From Takakia lepidozioides (Eukaryota > Plantae > Bryophyta), in NCBI GenBank assembly GCA_030704615.1, contig CM060734.1, positions 4,464,001-4,528,000 of the forward strand: a stretch of 64,000 nt of DNA, in the 5' to 3' direction. Positions 11,131 to 24,239 of this stretch are shown here, piece after piece. The position numbers and the translations under genes were made by a program. The notes under the pieces were generated by a model. The model was not told the origin of the DNA, made no database searches, and worked only from the letters and a program-made list of their open reading frames with translations. Position 1 is the first letter of the stretch. The number at the start of each line of letters is the position of its first letter.

Positions 11131-14100
11131 CACTTGTGCAGCTTCTTTCTTCACTTAGCATTGCTATCCATTAAGCGAGTAGAGTTTGAAGGCTGGGAGG
11201 AAAGGAAGGTGATTGTTTATACTCATATGCATGAGGAGCTTGTACTGGTAAAGAATTGGATTCCAAAGGATGTTCTGTGGATCAAACTCACACCAAGAAC
11301 AGCTTTCCAGACTTGTTTGCCGTATGGTTATATGGTAACGGAGACTTCTAGTATAGCCAAGGGTGCATTGAAGCTTGAAAGAAACCCAGGCATATACGAG
11401 AGATACTACAGAAGAGAGTTTTGGTTATTGCCACATTAAAGAAATGAAAGACATGGGACATGAGTGATGAAAGAGAAGCTAGACTCCAGAGATATTCAGC
11501 AAAAAAAGAAAGTTATCTGAAAGCTAATTATCCATATCTTTGGGAGAGAGGAATAGACATAGGGGAATCATCTGGACCTCTCACACCATTAAGATCAGAG
11601 AGTACATCACCCATACCAGAAGAACTAGAGTTGGATGCCACTCATTCTTTTTCTTTGCAAGAAAGATTAAGGGAATTGGTACAGGAACAATTTCAACCGC
11701 GAGGTAAAAGATCTGAGGTACATCCCTGGATAAAAGATCTGACAGAAATCTTTGATAAGAGTTGGCATGGAACACCAAAAGCAGGAACTCCAGTTTCTGA
11801 GGCAGAAGACGAAGAAGGAGGAGAGGATGTGGCAGAGCCAACGGAGAGTTCAGACTCTCCAACACCATTGCAGTTGAGTTACATGAGTGAAGAAGAAACC
11901 CAAGGGCAGAACTTGGAGGATGAAAACAGATAGAAGAAATTGGAAGATGAAGAGTGTGAAGAAGTAGACCCAACAGCTGAGGTTGAGACTACAACCAGGA
12001 CACCCGTTGGACCTGGATCAAGTGGAGCACTTAGATCACAGGCCAACGAAGGTGTCGGCTCAGGGGGATCAGGCGGGCAGCCTGGATGTGGCTCTGGGGG
12101 GACAGGGAGTGTGGGAAGTAGTGCAACTGGAGCTGGGAATACTGTGAATATAGTGGGGCCAGTAGCAGGGAGTGCTCAGGGGCCACCACTTGGTGGAAGT
12201 TCCACCACAACTACAACAGGTTCTCAAGGACCAGCATCAGCAAAGGGGCCAGCACCTGTAAGTGGGCAGAAGGTAGGGCCACAGATGGCGTTACAACCAA
12301 CACGGGCAAAACCACCTTTTCCAATATATTCAGGAAAAGTGGATCCTGATGTACACATTAGCCAATTTGAGCACATGTGTATTGTGAACAATGAGAATGG
12401 CGATGATGCCAAGATGAGACTGTGTCCTTGTTCACTTATAAAGAAAGCAAGTGAATGGTATGCAAGATTCCTAATAATCATTTCCTAACCTGGAATGGCT
12501 TGAATACATCATTCCGAAATAGGTTCAGGACAAGTAAAACTGAGGATGAAGTGTATGGAAGTTTACAACAGTTAAAGCAAAATAAGCATGAAACTGTTGA
12601 GGAGTATATGAAAAAGATGGAATTGATGATGAAAAAACTGGCTGCTGTACCAGCACCATGTTTACAGAAGACTTGGTTTGTGAGTGGACTAAGACCAGAG
12701 TTGCAAAAGAAAGTGGATATGTTACCCCATAATACAGTGGAGGAGGCATTTGAAACAGCAAACAGAATTGAGCAATTGGGAATGCTCAGGAGAGAGAAAA
12801 TGGATGATGAGGACTCTGAGAATGAGTCAGATGAGGAAGAAGAGCAAGAGTTGAAAAGGAAGAGTAAGAGGAAGGAAAAGTTGAAGAGGGATAACTATGA
12901 GAAAAGATTAGAAGAAATCTTGAAGAAGTATGCCACATAGGCTGCAACACATTGGAGGAAGGGTGTTTGGTGTGCAAAGTGCCAAAATGAAGGCCATACC
13001 ACCACTGAATGCCACATGAAAGAGAAACACTGTACTATCTGTAAAATGGATAACCATTCTTCTAAGAACTTTTACTACAACAGAAGGACAGCAGCTAGAG
13101 AACCTAGGCAAGTAAGGGTGCATCAAGTGCAGCCCCAGCCAAGAAGAAACAGTGATCATGACCACTATGGTAGGCCTGGTGGTTATAACAATGGCATGGA
13201 AGGGAGAGGTAATTCAAGAGGGAATTACCAAGGAAATTCCAGAGGCAACTATCAGGGTAATCCAAGGGGGAATTACCAGCCAGGGAATCAAGATTACAGA
13301 AACAATTCCAGAACAGACCAAGGGCGAGGACCTAATGGGGAGAACTGTGTTACTATTGCAATCAGGCAGGACATCACAAGGCAGCCTGTCCATTCTGGAT
13401 CAGACACCAGAATGAGATGAGAGCTCCTGTGAATGAGGGGCTAGTGGTGGCAGTTCATATGGTTAGGCCATGTGTTGTACCAGAAGTAAGTACAATGATA
13501 GTAACCAGAAGCAATGCCAAACTAATACCTCCAGTAGATGAGGAAGATGATGATAATGAAGATGGCAGTGATGTGCCTGAAGATGATGAGGCTTGGAGAG
13601 ATGAGAAGGAACTGCACAAAGAAGTGGCAGATACCATAAGGGAAATGCAGAAGAGTACTGATATTCCTATGGAAGATTCCTCTGATTCTGAAAGAGAAGA
13701 GGAAGTGAGTGAGGATGAAGGGAAGAAAGAAGCTGCAGACATGCAGAGTAATGAAGGGACTTTGGCTGAAGTAATATGCGAGTCCAAAGCGGAGATTACC
13801 ATTGGACAGCTATTGGCTATGGCACCTTATTGTAGACACAGGCTGTATCAAGCAATCAATCGAATTGCCCATGTGACAGGGAACACAGACCTGAACAGCA
13901 AGGTGACCAGTTATAATGTGAAGCCGGAAGGGCGAGAAACAGTCATGGACTTTGATGATTCTATGCCAGTAATCCAATTGAGAATTGGAAGCACAGAACT
14001 AACTGATGTACTGATAGATGGAGGCTCTAGAGTGAATATCATGACAGACCAATTAAGGCAGAAGCTTGGTCTAAGTAACATGAAACCAGCCCCATTTACA

Positions 14101-14882
14101 GTAACAATGGCAGATCAAAGAAGTATACAGCCATTGGGATTGATAAGAGGACTTAAGATACAGATTCAAAAGATGATATTTATGATCACAGTAACTGTGT
14201 TGAAAATGGATGAAGTCATGGAAGCTTACTCCTTATTGTTGGGACATCCGTGGCTGAAACAGGCCAGGGTATTCCATGACTAGAATTCCCAGTTACTAAC
14301 TGTGCATGATGGGATGCACAAGATACAAATTACCACTAAGAAATCTAGTAGATTACCTGCTACGAGAAGACCTCGAGGGGTCAGGGAGTATGACTGGAGG
14401 GGAGGACTTGATGAGGAGCAGGAAGCTACCCTGTTCGCTGCACACCTAGAGTGGGAGCAGGTTGCAGAGATGCAGCTGGAAGGCCTAAGTTGTTTAAAAG
14501 GTATCTGCTGTGGTGTAGTGACAACAACACCAATTGAGGGTGAAACAAGCAGTTACCCACCACATTTCTATGAAGAAAGAGAGGGAGAAATGGAAATCCT
14601 AGAGGAACCAGCCCCTGTGAGTTTACAGGATGAAGTGGTGACTGGTTGGACAATCACAGCTGATGAGCAGGTGAGAGAAGTAAATGTGGGAATTGAAGAG
14701 GAACCGAGGATGGTGAAGGTAGGGACTGATTTGGAGCCAGAATTCTTTGAGGAAGCTAAGAGTTTGTTCATCAAATACAGAGATGTATTTACGAGGATCT
14801 AAAAGGGATACCACCTGAGATCTGTCAGCATAAGATTGAACTGGAACCGGGGTTAGTACCAATCAAACAGGCAAGGTACAGA

Positions 14883-17800
14883 ATGAATCCCAACTATGCA
14901 CAGAAGGTTGGAGAAGAGATCAAGAAGTTGGCTGAGGCTAAGTTTATATACCCGATAGAGTATACAACTTGGTTGTCACCCATTGTGATAGTTCCCAAGA
15001 AGAATGGTAAACTGAGAGTTTGTGTGAACTATAAGAAGTTGAATGCTTGCACGAAGAAAGATCCTTTCCCCTTGCCATTCACAGAAGCGGTATTGGACAC
15101 TGTGGCAGGCCATGAGATGTACTCATTCATGGATGGCTTCAGTGGTTATAATCAAATGCAAGTGGCAGAAGAAGACCAGAGAAAGATAGCTTTCATCACA
15201 GACTGGGGTGCTTATGCATACAAAGTCATGTCTTTTGGACTTTGTAATGCACCAACAACCTTTCAGAGAGTGATAAGTGAATCTTTTCATGAGTATCTGG
15301 ATGATTTCATGCAGGTGTTCTTAGATGATTTCAGTGTGTACAGCTCTAAGAATGAGCACTTGCATAAATTGGAGTTATGTTTGGCCAGATGCAGGATAAA
15401 AGGTCTGGGCCTGAATCCAGAGAAGTGTACTTTCAATGTGAACTCAGGGGTGCTTTTGGGACACATTGTGTGTAAGAGGGGACTTCTTGTGGATCCCAGG
15501 AAGACAGAGGCCATTAAAGCCTCTCCACCACCAGTAAATGTTAAGAGTCTAAGGAGATTCCTTGGACAAACCAGTTATTACAGAAGATTTGTCAGAAGGT
15601 ATGCACAGATATTAGCACCATTGAGCAAGCTTCTGAAGAAAGATGCAGTGTTTGCATGGACAGCTGAATGTCAACAGGCTTTTGAGGAACTTACAATGTC
15701 AGTAACAACTACATGTGTGCTGATTAACCCTTACTGGCATGTAGTATTTCATGTTCACTGTGATGCCTCAGGGGAAGCGTTGGGAGCGGTGTTAGCCCAA
15801 AATGTTACCGGAAATATAGATTCACCTGTGTACTATGCTAGCAGGTTGATGAACAGTGTTGAAAAGAACTATAGCACAACTAAAAGAGAAGCACTGGCAA
15901 TGATTTATGCAGTCAAGAAATTGAGGCATTACCTATTGGGAAGAAAGTTTATGTTTTATGTGGATCACCAGGCTCTGATATATCTGGTGAACAAACCTTT
16001 GATAAGTGGAAGGATAGCAAGGTGGTTAATAATCTTGCACGAGTTTGAGTTCAAAGTTGTTTACAAGCCTAGCCGTTTGCATCTTGTGGCAGATCATTTG
16101 TCACGCCTAACAACAGGAGAGCCCACCACAGGAGTAGACGACCAATTACCTGATGCGAGTTTATTTGCAATGGAGGTGCAGGGAAGTGCAGATGAATGGT
16201 TTGATTGGCAGTGGCCAATCAGATACTACCTTACTCATGGTCAGTGCCCACCTAGTTATGGTAAGGAGCAGAGGAAGAGAATCGCTATCAAGGCTTTACC
16301 TTATACTATGGTAGGGGGCCGAATGTATAAGCTAGGACCTGATGGAGTACTTAAACGATGCTTGTACCACCATGAAGTAAATAAAGTTTTGGAGGAAGTT
16401 CATAAAGGAGTGGCTGGAGGGCATTTTGGAGAAGAGACTACCAGTAGGAAGATACTATTTGCAGGTTACTGGTGGCCTACTTTGTTCAAAGATGTACACA
16501 AGTATTATCAGAGTTGTGATGAGTGTCAGAGGCTAGGACCTTTGCAGAGATCTGGGAAGATGGCTTTGCATCCTACGATGCCTACTGAACCATTTCAGAA
16601 ATGGGGACTAGACTTTGTTGGACCAATTAACCCACCAGCCAAGAATACACAGAACAAGTACATAATTACAGCCATTGATTATACTACGAAGTGGGTGGAA
16701 GCTAAAGCTCTGAGGGACAACACAGCGAAGTCCACAGCAAGGTTCCTGTATGAGAACATACTTACACGATTTGGTTGTCCCCTGGAATTTATCAGTGACC
16801 AGGGAAGTCACTTCATTAATGAGACCATTGAACTATTGACTAAAGAGTTCATGATTGTGCATAAGAAGAGTACATCATATTACCCACAGGGTAATGGGCA
16901 GGCAGAGGCTACCAACAAAATACTATGTACTATCTTGGCTAAGATAGTCAATGTAAACAGAACGGATTGGGATACAAAGCTGCTGACAGCTTTGTGGTCA
17001 TACAAGACTTCATATAAAGTCACCACTAAGTATACACCATTCCAATTAGTTTATGGTATGGAAGCTTTACTTCCAGTGGAATTCTTGTTACCTACCATGA
17101 GAACTGAATGGGGAATGAGAATGGAATTGGAAGATTCAATTAAGGTCAGGAAACATGAATTATACCATGTGGAAGAAGTACGTGCTGATGCAGCTGATAA
17201 CATGACCAGAATTCAGATGAAGAGGAAGGATCAGTTTGATGGAGGTAAATTAAAGACTTTTAAGATGGGAGATTTGGTACTGTGGTTGCAAAAGAAGGGG
17301 AAGATTAAAGCTTCTAAGCTCAAATCACCATGGAAAGGACCTTATGTCATACAAAAGATGTATGATAACAACACCGCCATGTTACAAACCATTAACAAAG
17401 AGATGCTGGGAAGAGTCAATGCCAATAAGTTGAAGGGGTACAGTGGTATCCATGACAAACCATTGCAGCACAATTTGCATGTTGAAACGCAAAAGCAGTC
17501 ATGGGCTGCGCTAGTGATACCAACGGAGTATGGTGCACTTGTCGTTAAGCCGAGCGTTTATGACCAGGGCGGGAAGTACAAGTATTTGCATAGCTATCAC
17601 AGCCCATCACAGCGTGACACAGCCTATCACAGCCCATCACAGTGTCACACAGCCTATCACAGCCCATCACAGCGTGACACAGCCTATCACAACCCATCAC
17701 AGTGTCACACAGCCTATCACAACCCACCACAGTGCCACACAGCCTGTCACAGCCCAACACAGCCCATGCATATTACACAGTCCCTAGGGTCAGTGACAGG

Positions 17801-18332
17801 TGGACGCGAATTAACGTTAGAAAAGTGGCCATCAAGTGAAGAAGAAGTTTGGAAGTCAAACTTGGAGAATGTGCCACGCGGAGAGGGGAAGTCGGGGGCT
17901 TGTTTAGAAATGGACACGTGGCCACTAAGGCAAAGCACACCGCACTGCATCGATTGCAAAAGTGGGTTTCATCGTGTAAGAGGACAAATCGGGCCGTCAA
18001 AGTACCTACCCCGTACAGCCTCTCAGACTATTTGTGGGCCCATAAATGCATTTAGAGTAAGGGTAACGGAACCCTTTCCGAGTACAGAAAAGAGAAACTT
18101 ATGCCACATGTGCTGTCCTACTGGACATTCCAGGTGGGAATGTATACGGAGGGGGGTGGAATTAAGAAGTTACCTAAATCGGCCACAGCCAATCAGGAGT
18201 GCGAATTACATGCAGATGGTTCCCTCCAAGAAACAAGAACAAGAAATAGGAAGTGTTATGAGCGGAAGAGTCGGGGTGGCTCTGAATAGCCAGTGTCTCG
18301 ACAAAAAGGCAATCAAAGCACTAGTTTTGTAG
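14883..18332 (+). CDS. Family A pol: RT-RNase H-integrase with a long C-terminal extension
   Basis: SPIVIVPKKNGKLRVCV, DGFSGYNQ, VFLDDF, HCDASG..LGAVL, H-x6-H..CDEC, WGLDFVG, SDQGSHF, NGQAE, WKGPY; then HSPSQ-type repeats and CHMCCPTGHSRWEC. Confidence 0.92.
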   Translation: MNPNYAQKVGEEIKKLAEAKFIYPIEYTTWLSPIVIVPKKNGKLRVCVNYKKLNACTKKDPFPLPFTEAVLDTVAGHEMYSFMDGFSGYNQMQVAEEDQRKIAFITDWGAYAYKVMSFGLCNAPTTFQRVISESFHEYLDDFMQVFLDDFSVYSSKNEHLHKLELCLARCRIKGLGLNPEKCTFNVNSGVLLGHIVCKRGLLVDPRKTEAIKASPPPVNVKSLRRFLGQTSYYRRFVRRYAQILAPLSKLLKKDAVFAWTAECQQAFEELTMSVTTTCVLINPYWHVVFHVHCDASGEALGAVLAQNVTGNIDSPVYYASRLMNSVEKNYSTTKREALAMIYAVKKLRHYLLGRKFMFYVDHQALIYLVNKPLISGRIARWLIILHEFEFKVVYKPSRLHLVADHLSRLTTGEPTTGVDDQLPDASLFAMEVQGSADEWFDWQWPIRYYLTHGQCPPSYGKEQRKRIAIKALPYTMVGGRMYKLGPDGVLKRCLYHHEVNKVLEEVHKGVAGGHFGEETTSRKILFAGYWWPTLFKDVHKYYQSCDECQRLGPLQRSGKMALHPTMPTEPFQKWGLDFVGPINPPAKNTQNKYIITAIDYTTKWVEAKALRDNTAKSTARFLYENILTRFGCPLEFISDQGSHFINETIELLTKEFMIVHKKSTSYYPQGNGQAEATNKILCTILAKIVNVNRTDWDTKLLTALWSYKTSYKVTTKYTPFQLVYGMEALLPVEFLLPTMRTEWGMRMELEDSIKVRKHELYHVEEVRADAADNMTRIQMKRKDQFDGGKLKTFKMGDLVLWLQKKGKIKASKLKSPWKGPYVIQKMYDNNTAMLQTINKEMLGRVNANKLKGYSGIHDKPLQHNLHVETQKQSWAALVIPTEYGALVVKPSVYDQGGKYKYLHSYHSPSQRDTAYHSPSQCHTAYHSPSQRDTAYHNPSQCHTAYHNPPQCHTACHSPTQPMHITQSLGSVTGGRELTLEKWPSSEEEVWKSNLENVPRGEGKSGACLEMDTWPLRQSTPHCIDCKSGFHRVRGQIGPSKYLPRTASQTICGPINAFRVRVTEPFPSTEKRNLCHMCCPTGHSRWECIRRGVELRSYLNRPQPIRSANYMQMVPSKKQEQEIGSVMSGRVGVALNSQCLDKKAIKALVL

Positions 18333-18334
18333 CT

Positions 18335-19099
18335 ATGGCAGATGTAACGGATTACACACTCGCTTTACTTCTCACGCAGTGGCGCAAGGACGGAAGCATT
18401 GAGAGTACATTTTCTCTCACTCAATACTTGCAAGCCCCACGGGCTTACACGCACTTACCTGTTCCGTTCTGTGCCAACCATACCTTCATGCTCTGTGCCC
18501 TGCAAGCTTTCCTTCAGCTGTTTCAAACAAAGCCTTTTTGTTTGTCTAGAATGAAGAGAGTGAGGGGAATGGAGGATATCAGGGTGAAGAGCACCACGAT
18601 TCTGCAGAAGCAAACAATTGCAGCACCGCAGGCAGTACAGCTACTAAGGGAGTTGCGATTGGAGGGGCTGCTACACAAGGATTGGTCCTTGCATCATCGG
18701 CAGTATATGATTCAATTTCTTCAGAACTTTGAGCCTTGGACGGGAGTTACTCAGGTGAGGGGAGTAGATATAGAAATTACTCCCCAGTACCTGCAGCAAT
18801 TGTTTGATTTGCCATCAGGTCATGTGGATGTGGATGAGCACAGGGCAAGATTGCAGATTGGGAATTTGTTCCAAGAAGGGAGTTTCCTTGAAACTCAAGG
18901 TTACGCTTGTACCAAAGCCAAGTACCCAAGGCTTAGGGAAGTTGGCCAAATATTGAACGTTCTGTTTGCCATGAAACAGAACCAACAGTATTTGAGCAGG
19001 TCATTCACAGAGGAGACCCTGAAAGCTTTGAGGGGAGAGGATGTCGCTTGGGCGGAGTTAATGTACAATGGTCTGGTGGACGAGATGATGAGGTTATAG
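18335..19099 (+). CDS. Family A extra 3' ORF (plant transposon protein / Transposase_32-like)
   Basis: LRLEGLL...MIQFLQNF...QVRGVDIEITPQYLQQLFDLP resembles the EFyaN...VrG..i......lglP pattern of accessory ORFs in plant LTR elements. A second copy lies at ~42660-41890 (minus). Confidence 0.55.
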   Translation: MADVTDYTLALLLTQWRKDGSIESTFSLTQYLQAPRAYTHLPVPFCANHTFMLCALQAFLQLFQTKPFCLSRMKRVRGMEDIRVKSTTILQKQTIAAPQAVQLLRELRLEGLLHKDWSLHHRQYMIQFLQNFEPWTGVTQVRGVDIEITPQYLQQLFDLPSGHVDVDEHRARLQIGNLFQEGSFLETQGYACTKAKYPRLREVGQILNVLFAMKQNQQYLSRSFTEETLKALRGEDVAWAELMYNGLVDEMMRL

Positions 19100-20869
19100 G
19101 GCACTTCTGCTAAGTCTCCGATCATTGTGTCTGGTCCTGTCATTGCCCAAATCATTCTTGATTCTTGCATACTTGATACTCGGGAACGTAAGGAGATGGG
19201 AGTGTTTGAGGCAGAAACCACTGCAATTGAAGAGCAGGGCTCTTCACATAGTGAGGGTGGACTGGTAGGGCAACACTAGTCTAAGAGACATAGGCGGGGT
19301 ATGACTGTAGTGGCGGATCCACTAGAGCACTGAAATTTTCAAGCTTATTCATTAGTTGTAAGCATACCCATTAGTTGTAACAACATATTAGAAGATGAAT
19401 TTGGCTACCAGTTGTGCATGAGGAGGAGTTTGGTCTTTCACATTGTGCACCAAAAATTTGACGAAACCACTAGGCAGCACATGCTTTGTCGGTCTCTGTA
19501 GGCGCCATCGCTACAGCAGAGATGCCGCTGGTTTCAATCTCAAACTCATGTAGGAACTGGGCTTCAGCTCGTGGAACCGGTTTGGTGGGAGACTGCTCCG
19601 CCCTCCCTCTGATTGCCTTCTGCTTCTTACTCTTTGCAGGAGAAGGTGACTACTCCATTTGAATCTGCCCTGTCCCCTTCTGCTTCATTCTCTTTTGGGG
19701 GGGGGGGGAGCGGGCTGCTGCGGTTCGGTACTCTCCTCAAGCACATGCTGCTTCTTCTTGTTCCTTGCTGGAGATTCTCCATCAGCTTCACTCGTGCCTC
19801 TTTATCTTGATTCTTCAAAGCCTTGTCTTTCCAAACTTTGTCCTTGAAACGAACAGGGCTGGGCTCGACAGGAAGACCCGTGCTCGTTGATTGGCTAGGT
19901 GTGCGGGCAGTAGCTACCTCCACAATTTCCTCCTGCAGCTCTTCAGATGTCTGCGATCCCTCCACCACCTCCACCTTTGGAGTTAGGCATGCAAACATTT
20001 TCTGCATTCAAGTGTCCTAGCATATAATCAAACGAATGTACAAAAAAAGGAGGGAAGGTTTCGGTGCTCGATCAGGTGCGCGCATCCCGATAGCACCGAG
20101 CTCTCACTGGAGGTTGCGTCGTCTGCGTTGCCTGCTGCTGCACGATGACCATCTCCTCCTGAAGAATAAAGATCCATTGATCACTGTTCATGGCTGGAAA
20201 TGTCTGTTGGTCTTAAAGAAGCCATTTATGATCATAGACCCCACTGGTTACTGCAACATTCCACTGTGCAGCACGCTCCACTTTCGCTTTCCTCTTCAGT
20301 GTCGAAGATCTGTCTCACATCTGCCGTGTTGTCTTATTCTAGTCTACCTTTCCCCAAATGGCAGACATCATGGATTAAATCTTATCATGTGCTTCATGAG
20401 GGATTTTCTCCAATTTTTTATGTTTGTGCAAACGACATTGATTGTTGTGCTTGGTTCAGATAAATGTTAGAATGACATCCTCATTCAACATTCATCCACT
20501 TTCATACAACCACATTCATCCACACCTTTTCATCCACATTCATCCATATTCGGAGCGTGCTGACTCTCCTTCATCCTCATTAATTCATCCACAACCATTC
20601 TTCTATATTCGATCTCTGCAAACACAATCATTCAACAACATTCAGTATAAGCTCTCTTCTGCACTTCGCCTCGTCGCCCACATATGGTTCCCTATGTGCC
20701 GAATGCGCAAGTCCGCGGCTATAGGCACCCTTCTGCCTATTCGGTCCACGATTATAGGTCCGTGCCTATGGAAATGACGTGGCTTCACGTGACGTGGCGT
20801 CAACCACGTTGGCAAGGTCTGGTGACGTGGCGTCAGACCCGTGAACCAACGTGACAATAACTGCTGATG

Positions 20870-22037
20870 TGGCATGAGCCTGGCTGCACTCACACGCTCA
20901 CGCAGAAGCATCCCCCCTACCATTCCATCCATAGTGAGCCGATACCATGTCCAGTCTGTTTTAGCCATGGCTTTTTGAATGAGCTCGGGATCCAGGAGGT
21001 CGGCGAACTGTTGCGGGTCAGTCAGACCAGTTTTCCTCACCCTATACAGCATATGTGCCATATGGGTATGCACGTAAGCATTTTCAGTGACCCTGTAAGG
21101 CCCACTCTCCAATTTAGTCCACTGATGGGCGGAAACAAGACTGAATGAAAATGGAATGCGGCACCGCATTTTGGGATTCAATGGGATGGGAACGAGAATC
21201 TTACGAGTTCAGGTCCGCCATAGCATTTTTCAGCAGGGATGAGTCTGCCGCCTTGACCCAGGATGACACACTCCACCATGTAATGCCAGCCAATTTGCTT
21301 TGCATGGTTCTGCTTGATGTACTTCCACCATGCAAGAAGACGGTGATTGCTGTCCCAGACATAAAACATTTTGCCCGACATATGCCCGAAGTCTGGATCA
21401 CCCTTCAGCATTCCCTTGAATTCTTCGTTGTGAGTGTGCCAGTGGGGATCCCATGATGTCAATTCTTCCGCTGTGGGTCCTCGCGATTCACCTTCCTCAT
21501 TCTCAATGGAAACATAGAAGGCAGGAGAACCCAGACAATACCCTTTTCAAAATGCGAACTTCAGCTTATCCACAACCCTTGGGAGAGCCTGCCTGACGAT
21601 GGGGAGGGAGACCATGCGACAGAGTGGAATTCACGGTGTCCAAGTGAAGACCCTGCTCCCCAGAACTTTGCCAATGCTGCTGTGTGTCTCCTCCAACATG
21701 GCATCCCCTGCACTCTGGAATTCCTCCAACGACATATCTGGAGGTGGAGGAAGGGGCTGATCAGATGCAGCACCCCCACCTATACCTGTAGTCTGGGGAC
21801 CTGTAGTAGAGGGCAGTTCTTGCATTTGAAAGGCATCCTCCACACCTTCCCTGACAACACGAAGTTCGTACAGAATGCTGGAGAAGTCCTGCTCCGGACG
21901 TTGAGCAGCAGCACCCTCGTCCGCTGAGAGATTGATGACAACCAATGTTAGGCATTTGTGTGGTGCCCTTGAACATATGAGGCTGAGCATGAACAGAGAC
22001 GTCGTGCAAAGGAATAGCTTCCAATATCCTGCCACCC
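20870..22037 (-). pseudogene. ParB/Srx-like domain gene fragment, paralogue of 56138-57547
   Basis: IPLCRMVSL..VR...FYVSIENE...WDPHW..HNEEF...SGKMFYVWDSNHRLLAW...LLKNAMADLNS, then an intron and RVTENAYVHTHMAHMLYRV. Same exon structure as the copy at 56 kb; stops and frameshifts present. Confidence 0.75.
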
Positions 22038-23850
22038 GCCTGCGAGAGGCGTACACTCGTATGAGGCGCTTGATAAGTGTGACCCAAGGGGTTACTGAAG
22101 CTCAGGCAATCCAGTTTTGGTATGGAATTTTGGACAAGGAGCTCAAGAGAAGGGTGCGAGATGCAACCTTGTTACAAGCAGCCCAACCCACATTAGCAGA
22201 TGTGTTTCTGCTGGCTGAGCGGATTGAGCTCAACATGGTGGAGGAGCGAGTTGTCACCATTGGATTTGGCAAGGACATGCCTGCACGAGGCGCAGCTGCC
22301 AGCCCATAGGCACAAGGTATTGCCCAGCAGCGTGGTCAGGGGGGCAAGGTTTCCCAACCCAAGTTCCATGGAGCTTACAGGGGACCTCAGGTGCAGAGGC
22401 CCGTGGCATCTTTTGCAGGCCAACAGCAACCAGGGGTGATATGTTGGACATGTGGAGGACCCCATATCAAGAGAGATTGCCCAGAGAGTAGCAGAAGGCT
22501 GGCACAAGCACAGCCTGCACAGTTGCAGTGTGGGCATTGTGGCAAGTATGGGCATGGAGATGCCCAGTGTTATGACTTGCATCCTGAGTTGCGCCCAAGC
22601 CAGTTCCAAGGGAACAATGGTGGCCAGGGGCGAGGTGGACCAGCCCAGAGAGGACGAGTTGGTCGGGCACGAGGTGCAGGCCAAAGGCAAGCTCAACATG
22701 GCCAAGGACGCGGAGGTCAGGGTGTTGATCAAGGCATGGCCAACCGGCTTCAGCAGCTAGAGCAGAGGCTCGCTGCCATGGCTATAGCTCAGGCGGTACC
22801 GGCTCCCAGGCGGGATGGTCCACCTCCTGCTCCTGAGGGAGGAGATATGGGAGGCATGGGATTTATGTGCGGAGCAGCACTACCACTAGAGCAGGTGGAG
22901 TCTGCTGCAGCCGTGACTCGAGGAGCAGCACGAGTTCCTGAGCCACGAGGTGCAGAGGTGAAATTGGATCCACAGCGTGGGGAGGCAAGCCATCAGGCGA
23001 GGCTTCCTCAGTCATTCACATTGGCGGAAACTGTATCGACGCCATCCATGGCACCTAGTTCTCGCCCGACTGTTCCCGAGGCGGAGGTTACTATGCCATT
23101 GGGGAGAGCTACACGTGCAGCATTGACTCCTGCTGCCAAGGCTAGTGCGGCCGGTGTGTTATTGGGGGCAGCCACCTCTGTGTGTCAGGCCCCACTGTTC
23201 TCGGCAACAATGATTGCCACGCCGGGGGTAAGGCCAGCTGAAGTGTTCAGACTAGCAGCAACACTCTGTGAGAGTGGGGAGGTCATTTCATCTTCTGCGG
23301 AGTTAGTGGAAGGTGTAGTGGCAGAGGGATCCTCGGATTTGAGGGTCAAGACTGCCACGGCTGCGCCCTGGCAAGCTGTAGCTGCCAGGTTGACGAAGCT
23401 GCCAGCTAGGCCAGCCTTTGAGCGCGCCATGGTGACACCTGGAGTTGTCTTGTTAGACAACCAGGGAGGCATTTTCACTTTGAGTGGACCGGCAGGCAAG
23501 AAGTACCAGCCACTGCGGGTCTTGTTGGACTCGGGAGCTCAGCCACTGATGTTGGGCAGAGCTGCTATTGCAGGTTTGGGCCTCATGGAGGCGGATATGG
23601 AGCCTTGCCCTTTCCAGATACAGACATCTCTGGGAGGATCAGAGCAGACTCGGGGCATGACACGGCATCAGTTGGCCATTAGACTGTAGCCGGATCATCC
23701 TATCGATGGCTCAGTAATGCGAGCCAAGGCCATTGTGACAGACGCAGTCTCTTACGATGTCCTCGTTGGTGGGGCAGTGCTATACCCCATGGGCTTCACC
23801 CTGGACTTTTGGGAGGAGTCAGCATCCTACAGGCCTAGATGGCAGTCAGG
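22038..23850 (+). pseudogene. Gag C-terminus (two zinc knuckles) and aspartic protease
   Basis: Knuckles CWTCGGPHIKRDC and CGHCGKYGHGDAQC; protease VLLDSGAQ ... YDVLVGG. Confidence 0.85.
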
Positions 23851-24239
23851 CGATGGTCGCCGTGCACAGCTCCCTGTGACATTCATTGGGGGTATAGCGG
23901 CTGCCCAGCGGGGCAAGATGCCAACACTAGCCACCTTTACAGCTGCAGTTAGTTGGCCTGGAGAGTTGCTGGAAGGCAATGCCCATGCAGAGGATGTGCC
24001 ACCTCCAGCAGAGCAGGATGACATGCATGGTATGGCGGAGTTGCCTGCCATGGTTGCTAACACTCCATTGTGGGGTACGAGCAAGGATTTGCAGCAGGTT
24101 GCTGATCGACGGGTGCAACAAGCCTGGGTAGAGGCTTTTGTTCCGTCAGGAGAGGAGGAGAGTGCGGGTATTGCACCAGGACCACCTCAGTTGTCACCAT
24201 TGGATACCACACCTATTGTGTGGCAGTATCCGGATGAAG

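Larger units (their letters stand above)
11156..19323 (+). mobile_element. Family A non-chromovirus Ty3/gypsy internal region (ORF1 end, gag, PR, pol, 3' ORF), 3'-truncated
   Basis: Gag motif YSGKVDPDVHISQF and zinc knuckles; protease LIDGGSRVNIM; then RT, RNase H and integrase in gypsy order; several stops and frameshifts. Confidence 0.9.
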
